Source: an uncultured Bacteriovoracaceae bacterium (lineage in GTDB: Bacteria; Desulfobacterota; Desulfomonilia; UBA1062). Taken from it: 64,000 bases of DNA. The DNA lies in contig CAZEMO010000005.1 of NCBI GenBank assembly GCA_964513375.1, positions 65,175 to 129,174 on the forward strand. The letters are read 5' to 3'. Below, piece after piece: positions 48,607 to 57,502 of this stretch (its first letter is position 1; each line of letters opens with the position of its first letter). The position numbers and the translations under genes are program-made. The notes under the pieces are model-generated. The model ran no database searches and was not told the DNA's origin. It worked only from the letters and a program-made list of their open reading frames with translations.

Positions 48607-49386
48607 TCAGCCGATTTCGTCCATACTCGTGATGACAACATCTGTCCTTGTTGCCAGAACTTCAGCCGGCACTATTTCTGCAATGCCGATATTTGTTTTT
48701 ACTCCTGCGTTTGCGCCCATGATCGCATCCATCATGGTATCGCCGATCATGATTGAGTTCTCGGGTTTTTTCCCAAGCAGCTCGCATATATGAAAAATCA
48801 TGTCGGGTGCAGGTTTGGTATTGCTGACGCTGTCCGCACCTACAACAACATCAAGGTAAGGAAGCGCACCAAGCGCATCCATGTCATTTGTTGCATCGAT
48901 TGTATTGTCGTTGGTAGCCAGCGCAGTCAGAAATCCCCTCTGCTTGACAAGCTTTAATGCTTCAATTGCACCTTTTGAGGGGATAAGGTTTTTCTCCCTG
49001 ATGGGACCCGTAAAAACTTCTTTTACTGTCTGTTTTACAATCTCTACAGCACTGTCCCATCTTATACCTTCCAGATAAACACACCCTGCCAGAAGATTTT
49101 CGACTTCAAAAGAGGTACCCATGGCAAGTGGACCATTGCCGTCAATATCCCATTTTTTAAAATCCATTCCGAGCATGTCCTGAATCCTCTTTGACAGATT
49201 TTTACTCGGTCCTGTTTTAACAAGCATCAGGTTTACCAGTTCACGGAAAACACTGAGCCATGTTTGTCTGAAATCAAGCAGTGTCCCGTCTTTGTCGAAT
49301 ATTATAAGATCTGCTTCGAATCTTTTTCCGGAAATCTCTATGTAAGGCAACTCGAACACCTCAATATTTTTTTCATGCAATATCAT
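48607..49386 (-). CDS. HAD-superfamily hydrolase
   Basis: Motif I DLIIFDKDGTLLD plus a C-terminal GDTMMD motif. The start was placed at an internal ATG. Confidence 0.55.
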   Translation of the reverse strand: MILHEKNIEVFELPYIEISGKRFEADLIIFDKDGTLLDFRQTWLSVFRELVNLMLVKTGPSKNLSKRIQDMLGMDFKKWDIDGNGPLAMGTSFEVENLLAGCVYLEGIRWDSAVEIVKQTVKEVFTGPIREKNLIPSKGAIEALKLVKQRGFLTALATNDNTIDATNDMDALGALPYLDVVVGADSVSNTKPAPDMIFHICELLGKKPENSIMIGDTMMDAIMGANAGVKTNIGIAEIVPAEVLATRTDVVITSMDEIG

Positions 49387-49461
49387 AAGTGAAACGATTT
49401 GGCATCTTGATAAAAAATTACCTCTTGGAAATATTATATATTTTGATTTAAAGAGCTTTGA

Positions 49462-50652
49462 ATGCAAATGATCAAATCCATTCACAATTTACCGGCTTTA
49501 TTGGTAATTATAATGCTTGTTTTCCAGGGCTGCTCCAAAGATGAACAACATGAAGCGGCAAACCAGTTTACAGACAGGCCGCCTTTAAAAATAGGAGTCG
49601 TCCTGCCTGCAACAGGTCTCTATGAATCTATTGCAAAGAACCATCTTGCAGCTATCAACGCCGCTGCCAGAACTGCACCCGTTATAGCAGGCAGGAATGT
49701 TATGATAACCGTCAAAGACTCAAAAGGTGATTATAACACCGCAATTGAAGCAGTCCGCCAACTGGAAAAAGAAAGGGCCGCCGGAATAATACTTATTGCA
49801 TATGGGGATGAAGCCATAGAATTGAGCCGCTTATACTGCCCGGAGGCCAGGAAAAGAAAACAAACACGATTGCAAATGCAGATACCGGTCATTGTCATAA
49901 ATGCACCTGATTCCGCTTCAGGAAAATGCAGAGGGATGTGGAGACTTTCACCTTCTTCCAGTGAATTAATCCGGGCCTCATTGCATTTCATTAAAACGAT
50001 GATGAACGCAACCAGAATAGCGGTTATCCTAGATTCCAAAGAAGACGGCGGAATCAAGTTTGCAACCATGTTCCTGAAAGAATTTACAAATTCCGGCGGT
50101 ACAATCGTCGATATTTACGATATAAACGAAAAGGATTTTAAAAAAAATCTTGCAAAATTGAAAAGAAAAAAACCCACCCTGATCATCATTCCGGACGCCA
50201 ATGAAAAAACACCGGAGACCGCCAGGCTGCTCAGGTCGGAGAGCATCAAAACCCCTGTATTTTTTATACGTTCACCAGAGAATAAAGATGTCTTTGAATC
50301 ATTAAGGGAGATCCCGGGAATTTACCTGTTAAACAATTTTTCCTTCCAGCCTACAAAAAACGAGCGGTGCAAGCGCCTGCTTGAAGTTTTTTCAAAAGAA
50401 AAAATTGCACCCGAAACAGGCGCATTCATTTCAGTTGACGCTCTATTTCTGCTTATTGATGCGGCAGTGCTCCCTCAGAATACCACATCGGATATACTGC
50501 CTTTATTATCTGTAACAGGTAATGAAACATATCTCACAGGCAAAATAGGTCTGATGGAAGACGGTTCAGTTAAAAAGACTCTTTATGTCATCAAACTGAA
50601 TGGATCTGATACCGAATCTGTTGAGGAGATCAATCTGATCTTCAGGGGCTAG
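49462..50652 (+). CDS. Periplasmic-binding-protein type 1 (LivK/Peripla_BP_6-like) lipoprotein, orphan
   Basis: Lipobox VFQGC. A Rossmann-like alternating pattern (LKIGVVLPATG...IILIAYGDEA...IAVILDSKEDGG). Confidence 0.4.
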   Translation: MQMIKSIHNLPALLVIIMLVFQGCSKDEQHEAANQFTDRPPLKIGVVLPATGLYESIAKNHLAAINAAARTAPVIAGRNVMITVKDSKGDYNTAIEAVRQLEKERAAGIILIAYGDEAIELSRLYCPEARKRKQTRLQMQIPVIVINAPDSASGKCRGMWRLSPSSSELIRASLHFIKTMMNATRIAVILDSKEDGGIKFATMFLKEFTNSGGTIVDIYDINEKDFKKNLAKLKRKKPTLIIIPDANEKTPETARLLRSESIKTPVFFIRSPENKDVFESLREIPGIYLLNNFSFQPTKNERCKRLLEVFSKEKIAPETGAFISVDALFLLIDAAVLPQNTTSDILPLLSVTGNETYLTGKIGLMEDGSVKKTLYVIKLNGSDTESVEEINLIFRG

Positions 50653-51092
50653 ATGCGCATCACCACATCATGGCTCAACAACTTGTCGGCGATTGACAAA
50701 TAGTCAGCCGCGTAAGTGCCTTCCTTTATTTTTCTGAGAATATCCTTCGCTTTGTTCACACGTAATTCAGGCGTTTCCTGAATAGTGTTCATAATGTTGT
50801 TCATTTCGCCTGATCCTCCATGCTGGCCGGCCTGTATATTTAAACCTGCTCTGTTCTCAAAAAGGTGAAATGTATTTCTTTCATCAATCATGAAATCTGG
50901 TCTGGCAACAGCGGATGTAATATTAAGTGATTTTTTTATTGAGCTTTCCATCAGTTCTCCAAAAACCCGGTTCGCAGAGTTTATGGAAATACTGATGTTC
51001 TCTTTGTCATCAACCTTCCGGTTCTCAATCTGAGCTTTCAGCTTTTCATGGGTTTTTTTAATATTGGCAGCTCTGATGCTTTTTACTTCCAC
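50649..51092 (-). CDS. FlgM-family anti-sigma-28-like protein
   Basis: The C-terminal ELRVNKAKDILRKIKEGTYAADYLSIADKLL fits the FlgM C-terminal consensus (V..K...I..G.Y..D...IAD.LL). GTG start with a GAAGGAG SD. No flagellar genes are nearby. Confidence 0.45.
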   Translation of the reverse strand: MEVKSIRAANIKKTHEKLKAQIENRKVDDKENISISINSANRVFGELMESSIKKSLNITSAVARPDFMIDERNTFHLFENRAGLNIQAGQHGGSGEMNNIMNTIQETPELRVNKAKDILRKIKEGTYAADYLSIADKLLSHDVVMRI

Positions 51093-51161
51093 GATTAGCT
51101 CCTTCTAATTTTAGTATATCGGATGTTAGGAGCAAACCTTTAACTGCAAATTGCAACTAAT

Positions 51162-52814
51162 TTAAAAAAAGACCTTTTTTATGATTATGCCATGTTGGGC
51201 TCTTCTTTCGACGGTATTTCTATCCACCCGGAAACGTTCTCCTGTTAAAGGATCGACCCCGGTTAAATACATTACCGATGATATTGTCATGGGAAGGGGG
51301 ATGAACGCCTGAACCTGCTCGGGCAGGAAGCCGAAGACGGCTTTGACATGCTTCTTCATTGCAAGCATATCTTTTGCTGAACACCCGGGGTGACATGACA
51401 TCAGGTAAGGCAGCAGATATTGTTTCTTCCGGATTTTTTCCGTTTCATTTCTGAATATACCGGCAAATTCCTTCAGATCGAAAACAGGGGTTTTCCTCAT
51501 CGCCCTGAGCACATGCCCTTCTGTATGTTCAGGGGCTATTTTAAGCTGGCCGCTGATATGGTTTTTGATAAGGGCTCTCAAAAGAGGTATAGAATCCTTA
51601 TCCCTCATAAGAAGGTCATAGCGTATGCCTGAACCAACGGTAACCCTCGATACGCCTTTTATTCCCGCTGCATCTCCAAGCAGTTTGATCCATGGCATCG
51701 TCTTTATCTCAAGGTTCCTGCATAAATCAGGATGTATGCAGCTGATTCTCGAACAGCTCCATTTTGATCTGCAGCTGTAACCGTACATGTTAGCCGACGG
51801 TCCGCCTATGTCTTTCACATGCTTTCTAAAATTCTTTTTCCCTGTCAGCAGACGGGCCTCGTCAAGCACTGATTCAGGGCTTCTGGCGACAATTCTTTTC
51901 CCCTGATGAAGCCCCACCGAACAGAATGAACACCCCGAAACACAACCCCTGTGAGCATTGATTGAGCCGGAAATCATGTCAAACGCCGGTATTGGCTCTT
52001 TGTACGAGGGGTGCGGTGCATACATGAAAGGCAGAGAATAGACGGCATCGATCTGATCTTGAGACATGTTTTGACTGGGATAATAAACGAGAAAACGTGA
52101 AGCGGTCTGCTGGGTCAGTATTTTGTCCTGGTTTTCATAAAAAAGCCTGCAGGTTTCAAGAAATGCATCCGTATTTGTCATCGCTTCTTCTTCCGAAGGC
52201 AGCGAAACTGCATTTTCAGGGGGTGTCCTTTCAATGAGAAGAGTACCCGGTATCCCTTCAAGCGATTTACCGGCAGCTATCCTGTCTGCGATCTCCACCA
52301 CGGCTGTTTCCGCCATTCCGTATGCAAGAATATCGGCACGGGAATCTTCGATAATCGAGCGTCTCAGCCTGTTGTCCCAGAAATCATAATGGACAAGCCT
52401 TCTCATGGACGCTTCAATCCCGCCTATAACAACAGGCAAATCCCTGAATTTTGCCTTTATGAGATTGCAGTAATTGATGACGGCATGCTCAGGCTTTTTT
52501 CCTGAAACGCCACCGGGAAGATACGGATCGTCGGAACGCCGTTTTTTAAACGCCGTATAAAGACTCAGCATGGAATCAACATTTCCGGATGTAACACCGA
52601 AGAAAAGCCGGGGCCTGCCCAGGGCCGTTATGGATTCGGGATTCCTCCAGTCCGGCATGGATAGAATACCTACAGTATAGCCTGCTTTCTCAAGGACCCG
52701 GCCTATCATTGCCGCTCCGAATGACGGATGATCTATATAGGCATCGCCGGTAACTATTATTATATCAGCTTCTCTGCCTTTTAATTCATCCTTCGTCGCT
52801 GCCAGAAATCCCAT
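51162..52814 (-). CDS. ygiQ: YgiQ-family radical SAM protein (UPF0313)
   Basis: N-terminal GFLAATKDELKGREADIIIVTGDAYIDHPSFG (YgiQ N-domain) and an internal radical-SAM Cys cluster (CVSGCSFCS). Confidence 0.7.
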   Translation of the reverse strand: MGFLAATKDELKGREADIIIVTGDAYIDHPSFGAAMIGRVLEKAGYTVGILSMPDWRNPESITALGRPRLFFGVTSGNVDSMLSLYTAFKKRRSDDPYLPGGVSGKKPEHAVINYCNLIKAKFRDLPVVIGGIEASMRRLVHYDFWDNRLRRSIIEDSRADILAYGMAETAVVEIADRIAAGKSLEGIPGTLLIERTPPENAVSLPSEEEAMTNTDAFLETCRLFYENQDKILTQQTASRFLVYYPSQNMSQDQIDAVYSLPFMYAPHPSYKEPIPAFDMISGSINAHRGCVSGCSFCSVGLHQGKRIVARSPESVLDEARLLTGKKNFRKHVKDIGGPSANMYGYSCRSKWSCSRISCIHPDLCRNLEIKTMPWIKLLGDAAGIKGVSRVTVGSGIRYDLLMRDKDSIPLLRALIKNHISGQLKIAPEHTEGHVLRAMRKTPVFDLKEFAGIFRNETEKIRKKQYLLPYLMSCHPGCSAKDMLAMKKHVKAVFGFLPEQVQAFIPLPMTISSVMYLTGVDPLTGERFRVDRNTVERRAQHGIIIKKVFF

Positions 52815-54018
52815 TTTCCCTCTCAATCTTCAATGTTTTCATATAGCCGTCAACATGCCCTATCGGAGTCATGCCTTCTTCGGCCTCCCTGCCGCCAAGG
52901 TCCCTCATGCGGCTGATCGAAGGCACAATCCTTGATTCCCATGAACCTGAAGCCTGATTGAATGCATTGACCGCTTTCTGCAGCCCGTCCTTTATTTTTT
53001 TCATATGATCTGCATAAATTGAAAGCCTGTCAAAAAGCTCAATTCCGGCCTTGCCGATCTCTTTTGCATTTTCATTAAGCGAATGCTGCTGCCATGAAAC
53101 CGCAACGGTCCTCAAGAGTGCTATAAGGGTAGTAGGTGTAGCCAGTATGACGCGTTTTGCTATCCCGTCTTCAATCAGCTGCCTGTCCTGTTCAAGGGCC
53201 GCACTGAAAAAGCTCTCCCCGGGCAGGAAAAGGACGACAAACTCAGTGTCCGGGCTGAATTCTTTCCAGTATTCCTTTGATGACAGAGAAACCATATGCT
53301 GGCGGACCTTCTGAGCATGGCGCATAAGCTGCCCTTTCCTGGCAGCTTCATCCTGTACATCCAGGGCATCCATATATGCGTCAAGAGGCGCCTTGGAATC
53401 GACAACAATCGAATGCCCCTGTGGAAGCCTCACAATCATGTCCGGACGCTTTCTGCCTTCTTCTGTATTCGCTGATTGCTGGACATCGAAATCACAGTAC
53501 TGGCTCATTCCTGAGACCTCCACCACGCGCATCAGGGTTATCTCACCCCATCTGCCTTTTACTTCCGGGCGTTTGAGTGCGGTTGTGAGAGACCGCGTCT
53601 GGTTTTCCAGTTTTGCATTGGCGTTCAGCATCTGCTCTATCATGGCCTTGAGCTCTCCCGAAGAGATCTGCCTTTTACTTTCCATTTCAGAAATGTATGC
53701 CTCATATTTCGTCAGGGCATCTCCGAGAGGTTTGACAATGCCTGCTATCGCTTCCTGCCTGACGGAAAGATCACCTTTCGACTGCTCGATCAAGGTCTCA
53801 AGGACACCCCTGGCCTGATCTATAAAAAGCCTGCTGTTGGCGTTCAATGCCTCGGCAGCGGCGCTACCGAAACTTTCGGACATTCTTGCTTTCGCATCTT
53901 CGATGCTCGACTTCTGTGCATCAAGCGAGGCCTTCAGCGCGACTGCCTCCTGCCTTGAAACAAGCCAGCCTATGATAAATCCTGTTATGAGACCTGCCGC
54001 CACGGCTAAATAGACCAT
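52786..54018 (-). CDS. rmuC: DNA recombination protein RmuC
   Basis: N-terminal TM segment, a long coiled coil, and a conserved RmuC C-terminal region. The start was set at the ATG (MVYLAV) preceded by GGAGG. Confidence 0.7.
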   Translation of the reverse strand: MVYLAVAAGLITGFIIGWLVSRQEAVALKASLDAQKSSIEDAKARMSESFGSAAAEALNANSRLFIDQARGVLETLIEQSKGDLSVRQEAIAGIVKPLGDALTKYEAYISEMESKRQISSGELKAMIEQMLNANAKLENQTRSLTTALKRPEVKGRWGEITLMRVVEVSGMSQYCDFDVQQSANTEEGRKRPDMIVRLPQGHSIVVDSKAPLDAYMDALDVQDEAARKGQLMRHAQKVRQHMVSLSSKEYWKEFSPDTEFVVLFLPGESFFSAALEQDRQLIEDGIAKRVILATPTTLIALLRTVAVSWQQHSLNENAKEIGKAGIELFDRLSIYADHMKKIKDGLQKAVNAFNQASGSWESRIVPSISRMRDLGGREAEEGMTPIGHVDGYMKTLKIERENGISGSDEG

Positions 54019-54110
54019 ATGACCTCCGATATATTCTTGCTTATCCAAATATAACATAAAGGATTTATAATATCTTGCCTGGTCGATATTTAACGAATAT
54101 ATTTCCCTGA

Positions 54111-54941
54111 ATGAGAAAACTCCGGCTCCTGATTGCCATTATTATGATTTGGGGTAGTTCTGCCTTTTCAACACAAGCGGCGCCCGCTGCATCTGTTAGA
54201 ATTATCTCGCTTTCACCGGCGGTAACGAGTGAACTCTTTGACCTCGGCGTCCAGGACAAACTGGTCGGGGTTACCAGATACTGTATGAATCCGGGCGGTA
54301 GAAAGGAGGTCATCGGCAACCTGACCGATATAAACCTTGAAAAGATCATCCTCCTGAAACCCGATTTGATAGTTGCAGGAAAAGATGCAAACAGGAAAAA
54401 GGATATAGAAAAACTGGTGTCCATGGGATTCAGGGTGGAAATTTTCGAAGGCTGCGAAAGCTTTGAATGCATGTGCACCGAATTTATAAGACTTGGGAAA
54501 TTGACTGGCTCTCAGTTAGAGGCTGAAAGGATCGCTGACAAATGCAGAAAAGAGGTGTCTTCAATCAGCGCAAGTGCAGGATCAAGGCATTATAAAGTCC
54601 TGTGGCAGATCGGGGCAAACCCGATGATCGTTGCGGGCGGACCGACATTTGCCAGTGAATTCATAAGACTTTCGGGGTGCATAAATATCTTCGGCGATGT
54701 AAAAACCAAATATCCTCGAGTCAATATGGAAGAGGTCCTGATAAGGAATCCTGACGTAATAATTATTATATCCGGCATGGGCGCCGGTGATGATATCTGG
54801 AAAAAAATGAAGAGTATAAGCGCCGTATCGGAAGGCAGGATATTCACAGTCAAGGCCGATGCGGTATGCCAGGCGACCCCGCTAAGATTTGTTGAGGGCC
54901 TGAAGATTATCTCATCGATACTGGCAGGCAAACACCGATGA
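54111..54941 (+). CDS. Cobalamin/iron-siderophore-type ABC transporter substrate-binding protein (BtuF/Peripla_BP_2-like)
   Basis: Signal peptide and IISLSPAVTSELFDLGVQDKLVGVT, typical of this class. Confidence 0.7.
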   Translation: MRKLRLLIAIIMIWGSSAFSTQAAPAASVRIISLSPAVTSELFDLGVQDKLVGVTRYCMNPGGRKEVIGNLTDINLEKIILLKPDLIVAGKDANRKKDIEKLVSMGFRVEIFEGCESFECMCTEFIRLGKLTGSQLEAERIADKCRKEVSSISASAGSRHYKVLWQIGANPMIVAGGPTFASEFIRLSGCINIFGDVKTKYPRVNMEEVLIRNPDVIIIISGMGAGDDIWKKMKSISAVSEGRIFTVKADAVCQATPLRFVEGLKIISSILAGKHR

Positions 54942-55921
54942 AAAAAACTGCCGTCTTCTTAATACTTTTTCTTCTTCTTTCTCTGGCAGTCATAATATCC
55001 CTGATTACAGGCAGCGCCGATCTGACACCTGAGGGACTGGCATCAGTTCTGTTCAAGGAGGACCCAAATCCCCTGTTGAATGCAATAATTTGGGATTTAC
55101 GAATTCCCAGAATCATAAACGGCATTATTGTCGGTGCAGCCCTTTCAGCCTGCGGTGTGATTTTCCAGGCAGTCCTGAGAAACCCTCTTGCTGAACCTTA
55201 CACACTGGGCGTATCGAGCGGCGGTGCACTCGGAGCGACAATCTCAATAATGATTGGGCTCTCGGGGGCGGCAATGGTCGGGATGTGCTTTATGGGATGC
55301 CTTATAACAATTCTTATTATACTGGGGCTTGCTTCGACAAAGGGCTTCTCCAATACAATGCTTATACTGTGCGGCGTTATAATAGGTTTTCTGCTCTCGT
55401 CCATAATGATGCTGCTTTTTTCCCTTTCAACCACCAGAGACGTCTATGCATCTGTCATGTGGCTAATGGGAAGTTTGAGCACACCGGGCAGAGATTCCTT
55501 GAGAATCATGGTTTATTTCGTGCTGCCCCTTGTACTGGCTTTAATGCTTTTTTCGCGTGATATAAATATCCTCAGCCTGGGAGATGAAAAAGCGATGTAT
55601 CTGGGGTTGAACGCCAGGACTGCAAGGGCCCTCCTGTTTCTGATCTCTTCCCTGATAACCGGTGCATGTGTCGCAGTGGCAGGGGTAATCAGCTTTGTGG
55701 GTCTAATTATGCCTCATATAATGAGAAAGATCATCGGACCGGACCACAGGCTTCTTATCCCATCATCCATGATCGCAGGTTCAATCCTGCTCGTACTTTC
55801 GGATACGATTGCGCGTATAGTCATTTCACCCCTGGAACTGCCTGTCGGGGTTATAACCGGAATCACGGGAGGCTTGTTCTTTCTCTTCATGATACTCTGG
55901 CGGGGTGAGAAAATATCATGA
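54938..55921 (+). CDS. FecCD-family ABC transporter permease (BtuC-like)
   Basis: 327 aa, about 9 TM segments, FecCD-like sequence. The start overlaps the upstream SBP stop (ATGA). Confidence 0.8.
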   Translation: MKKTAVFLILFLLLSLAVIISLITGSADLTPEGLASVLFKEDPNPLLNAIIWDLRIPRIINGIIVGAALSACGVIFQAVLRNPLAEPYTLGVSSGGALGATISIMIGLSGAAMVGMCFMGCLITILIILGLASTKGFSNTMLILCGVIIGFLLSSIMMLLFSLSTTRDVYASVMWLMGSLSTPGRDSLRIMVYFVLPLVLALMLFSRDINILSLGDEKAMYLGLNARTARALLFLISSLITGACVAVAGVISFVGLIMPHIMRKIIGPDHRLLIPSSMIAGSILLVLSDTIARIVISPLELPVGVITGITGGLFFLFMILWRGEKIS

Positions 55922-56709
55922 TCCTCGAAGTCTCAAACCTCTCAGTCGGTTACAATAAAAAGACAGTTGTTGATGATCTTTCATTTAATATAAGCCCCGG
56001 CACATTCTATGGAATAATAGGACCCAACGGCGCGGGCAAATCGACATTGTTCAAAGCGGTAAGCGGCGTACTGAAGCCATGGAATGGGAGCATAAAATTA
56101 AAGGGCAAAGATATATACCGCATGCACAGACGTGAGCTTGCAAGCACGGTGGCGGCTGTTCCGCAATTTCAGGAGGCCTTCTTCCCTTTCAGGGTGAAAG
56201 AGTTTGTACAAATGGGCAGATACCCCAAAAGAGGCCGCTTCGGAATGTTTCAAAGCTCAGATCATAAGATAGTTGATGAGGCGCTTAAATCCATGAGACT
56301 TGAAACACTGATTCATAAAAGAATTGATGAACTCTCAGGCGGAGAACTTCAGCGTGTCCATATATCACAGGCCCTGGCCCAGGAACCCGAGATTCTGATG
56401 CTTGACGAGCCGACCTCGCATCTTGACATCGGGCACCAGACAATAGTGCTCAATCTGATTAAAAGAAAATGCCTTTCGGACGGAATACCCGTATTAATGA
56501 TAGCCCACGATCTTAATCTTGCGGCTGCCTACTGTGACAGGCTTCTTCTTCTCAAAAACGGCAGAGTCTTTGCTGAAGGTACACCGTCAGAAGTCCTTAC
56601 AAAAAGAAATATCGAGAGTGTTTATGACACGAGTGTTGAAATAATTACCGAAGAATCCTTAAGCTATCCCCATATATTCATAAACCCGGATACTGCTATC
56701 CGGCAATAA
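55918..56709 (+). CDS. ABC transporter ATP-binding protein (BtuD/FecE-like)
   Basis: Walker A GPNGAGKST, signature LSGGELQRV, Walker B LMLDEPTSHLD. Confidence 0.8.
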   Translation: MILEVSNLSVGYNKKTVVDDLSFNISPGTFYGIIGPNGAGKSTLFKAVSGVLKPWNGSIKLKGKDIYRMHRRELASTVAAVPQFQEAFFPFRVKEFVQMGRYPKRGRFGMFQSSDHKIVDEALKSMRLETLIHKRIDELSGGELQRVHISQALAQEPEILMLDEPTSHLDIGHQTIVLNLIKRKCLSDGIPVLMIAHDLNLAAAYCDRLLLLKNGRVFAEGTPSEVLTKRNIESVYDTSVEIITEESLSYPHIFINPDTAIRQ

Positions 56710-57169
56710 TTTTAAGAACCTCGTATTCCTTCTCTCCGGCGGGTGACTTGAATACGGCAGTATCCCCGGGTTTCTTACCGATGAGTGCTTTTGCAAGCGG
56801 AGATGCAATGGAAATAAGTCCTTTTTTTATATCAGATTCATCGACACCCACTATCTGATACATCATCTCCTCATCTGTTTCAGTGTTGCAGACAACAAAC
56901 TTCGATCCGAATACAACTTTATCCCTGGGAATCTTTGAAGTATCGATTATTTCGGCAGTTGCAAGTTTTGTTTCAAGTTCCTGTATCCTTGTCTCCATGA
57001 ATGACTGCTTTTCTTTTGCATACTGATATTCGGCATTTTCTGAAAGGTCCCCGTGCCCCCGGGCCTCTTCGATTGCTGCAATTACTTTAGGCCGCTCAAC
57101 CTTTTTGATATTATCCAGCTCATCCCTGAGTACTTGATAACCGTTTTTTGTTATGGGTATTCTCTGCAT
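56696..57169 (-). CDS. greA: Transcription elongation factor GreA
   Basis: 157 aa with a coiled-coil N-terminus (EARGHGDLSENAEYQYAKE) and an FKBP-like C-terminus. Confidence 0.85.
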   Translation of the reverse strand: MQRIPITKNGYQVLRDELDNIKKVERPKVIAAIEEARGHGDLSENAEYQYAKEKQSFMETRIQELETKLATAEIIDTSKIPRDKVVFGSKFVVCNTETDEEMMYQIVGVDESDIKKGLISIASPLAKALIGKKPGDTAVFKSPAGEKEYEVLKIIAG

Positions 57170-57502
57170 TGGTTTCCTCCGAAGCGAAAATAAAAAAGAT
57201 ACCGGCAGTTAATATCCACCAGTATCAGTTTATAGAATGTTGATAATCAAATATCTTCAAAAATGTCAAGAAGCTTGAGCCTGAACCAGGATAACAGTTT
57301 TTCTTCTTCGATATTATATTGAAAACATTTGCCATTTATATGAACGTGTTTCCATAATTAATTGTTTCATATACACATTTCCTGTGATCCATATAAAATA
57401 ACCCAATAATAACATTAGATTAACTCAAAAGGATGAAGGTATATTATTTGCATGAAAAGTTTAAGCAAAAATTCAATTAAAATAAATCTGGAGGATTGTA
57501 AT

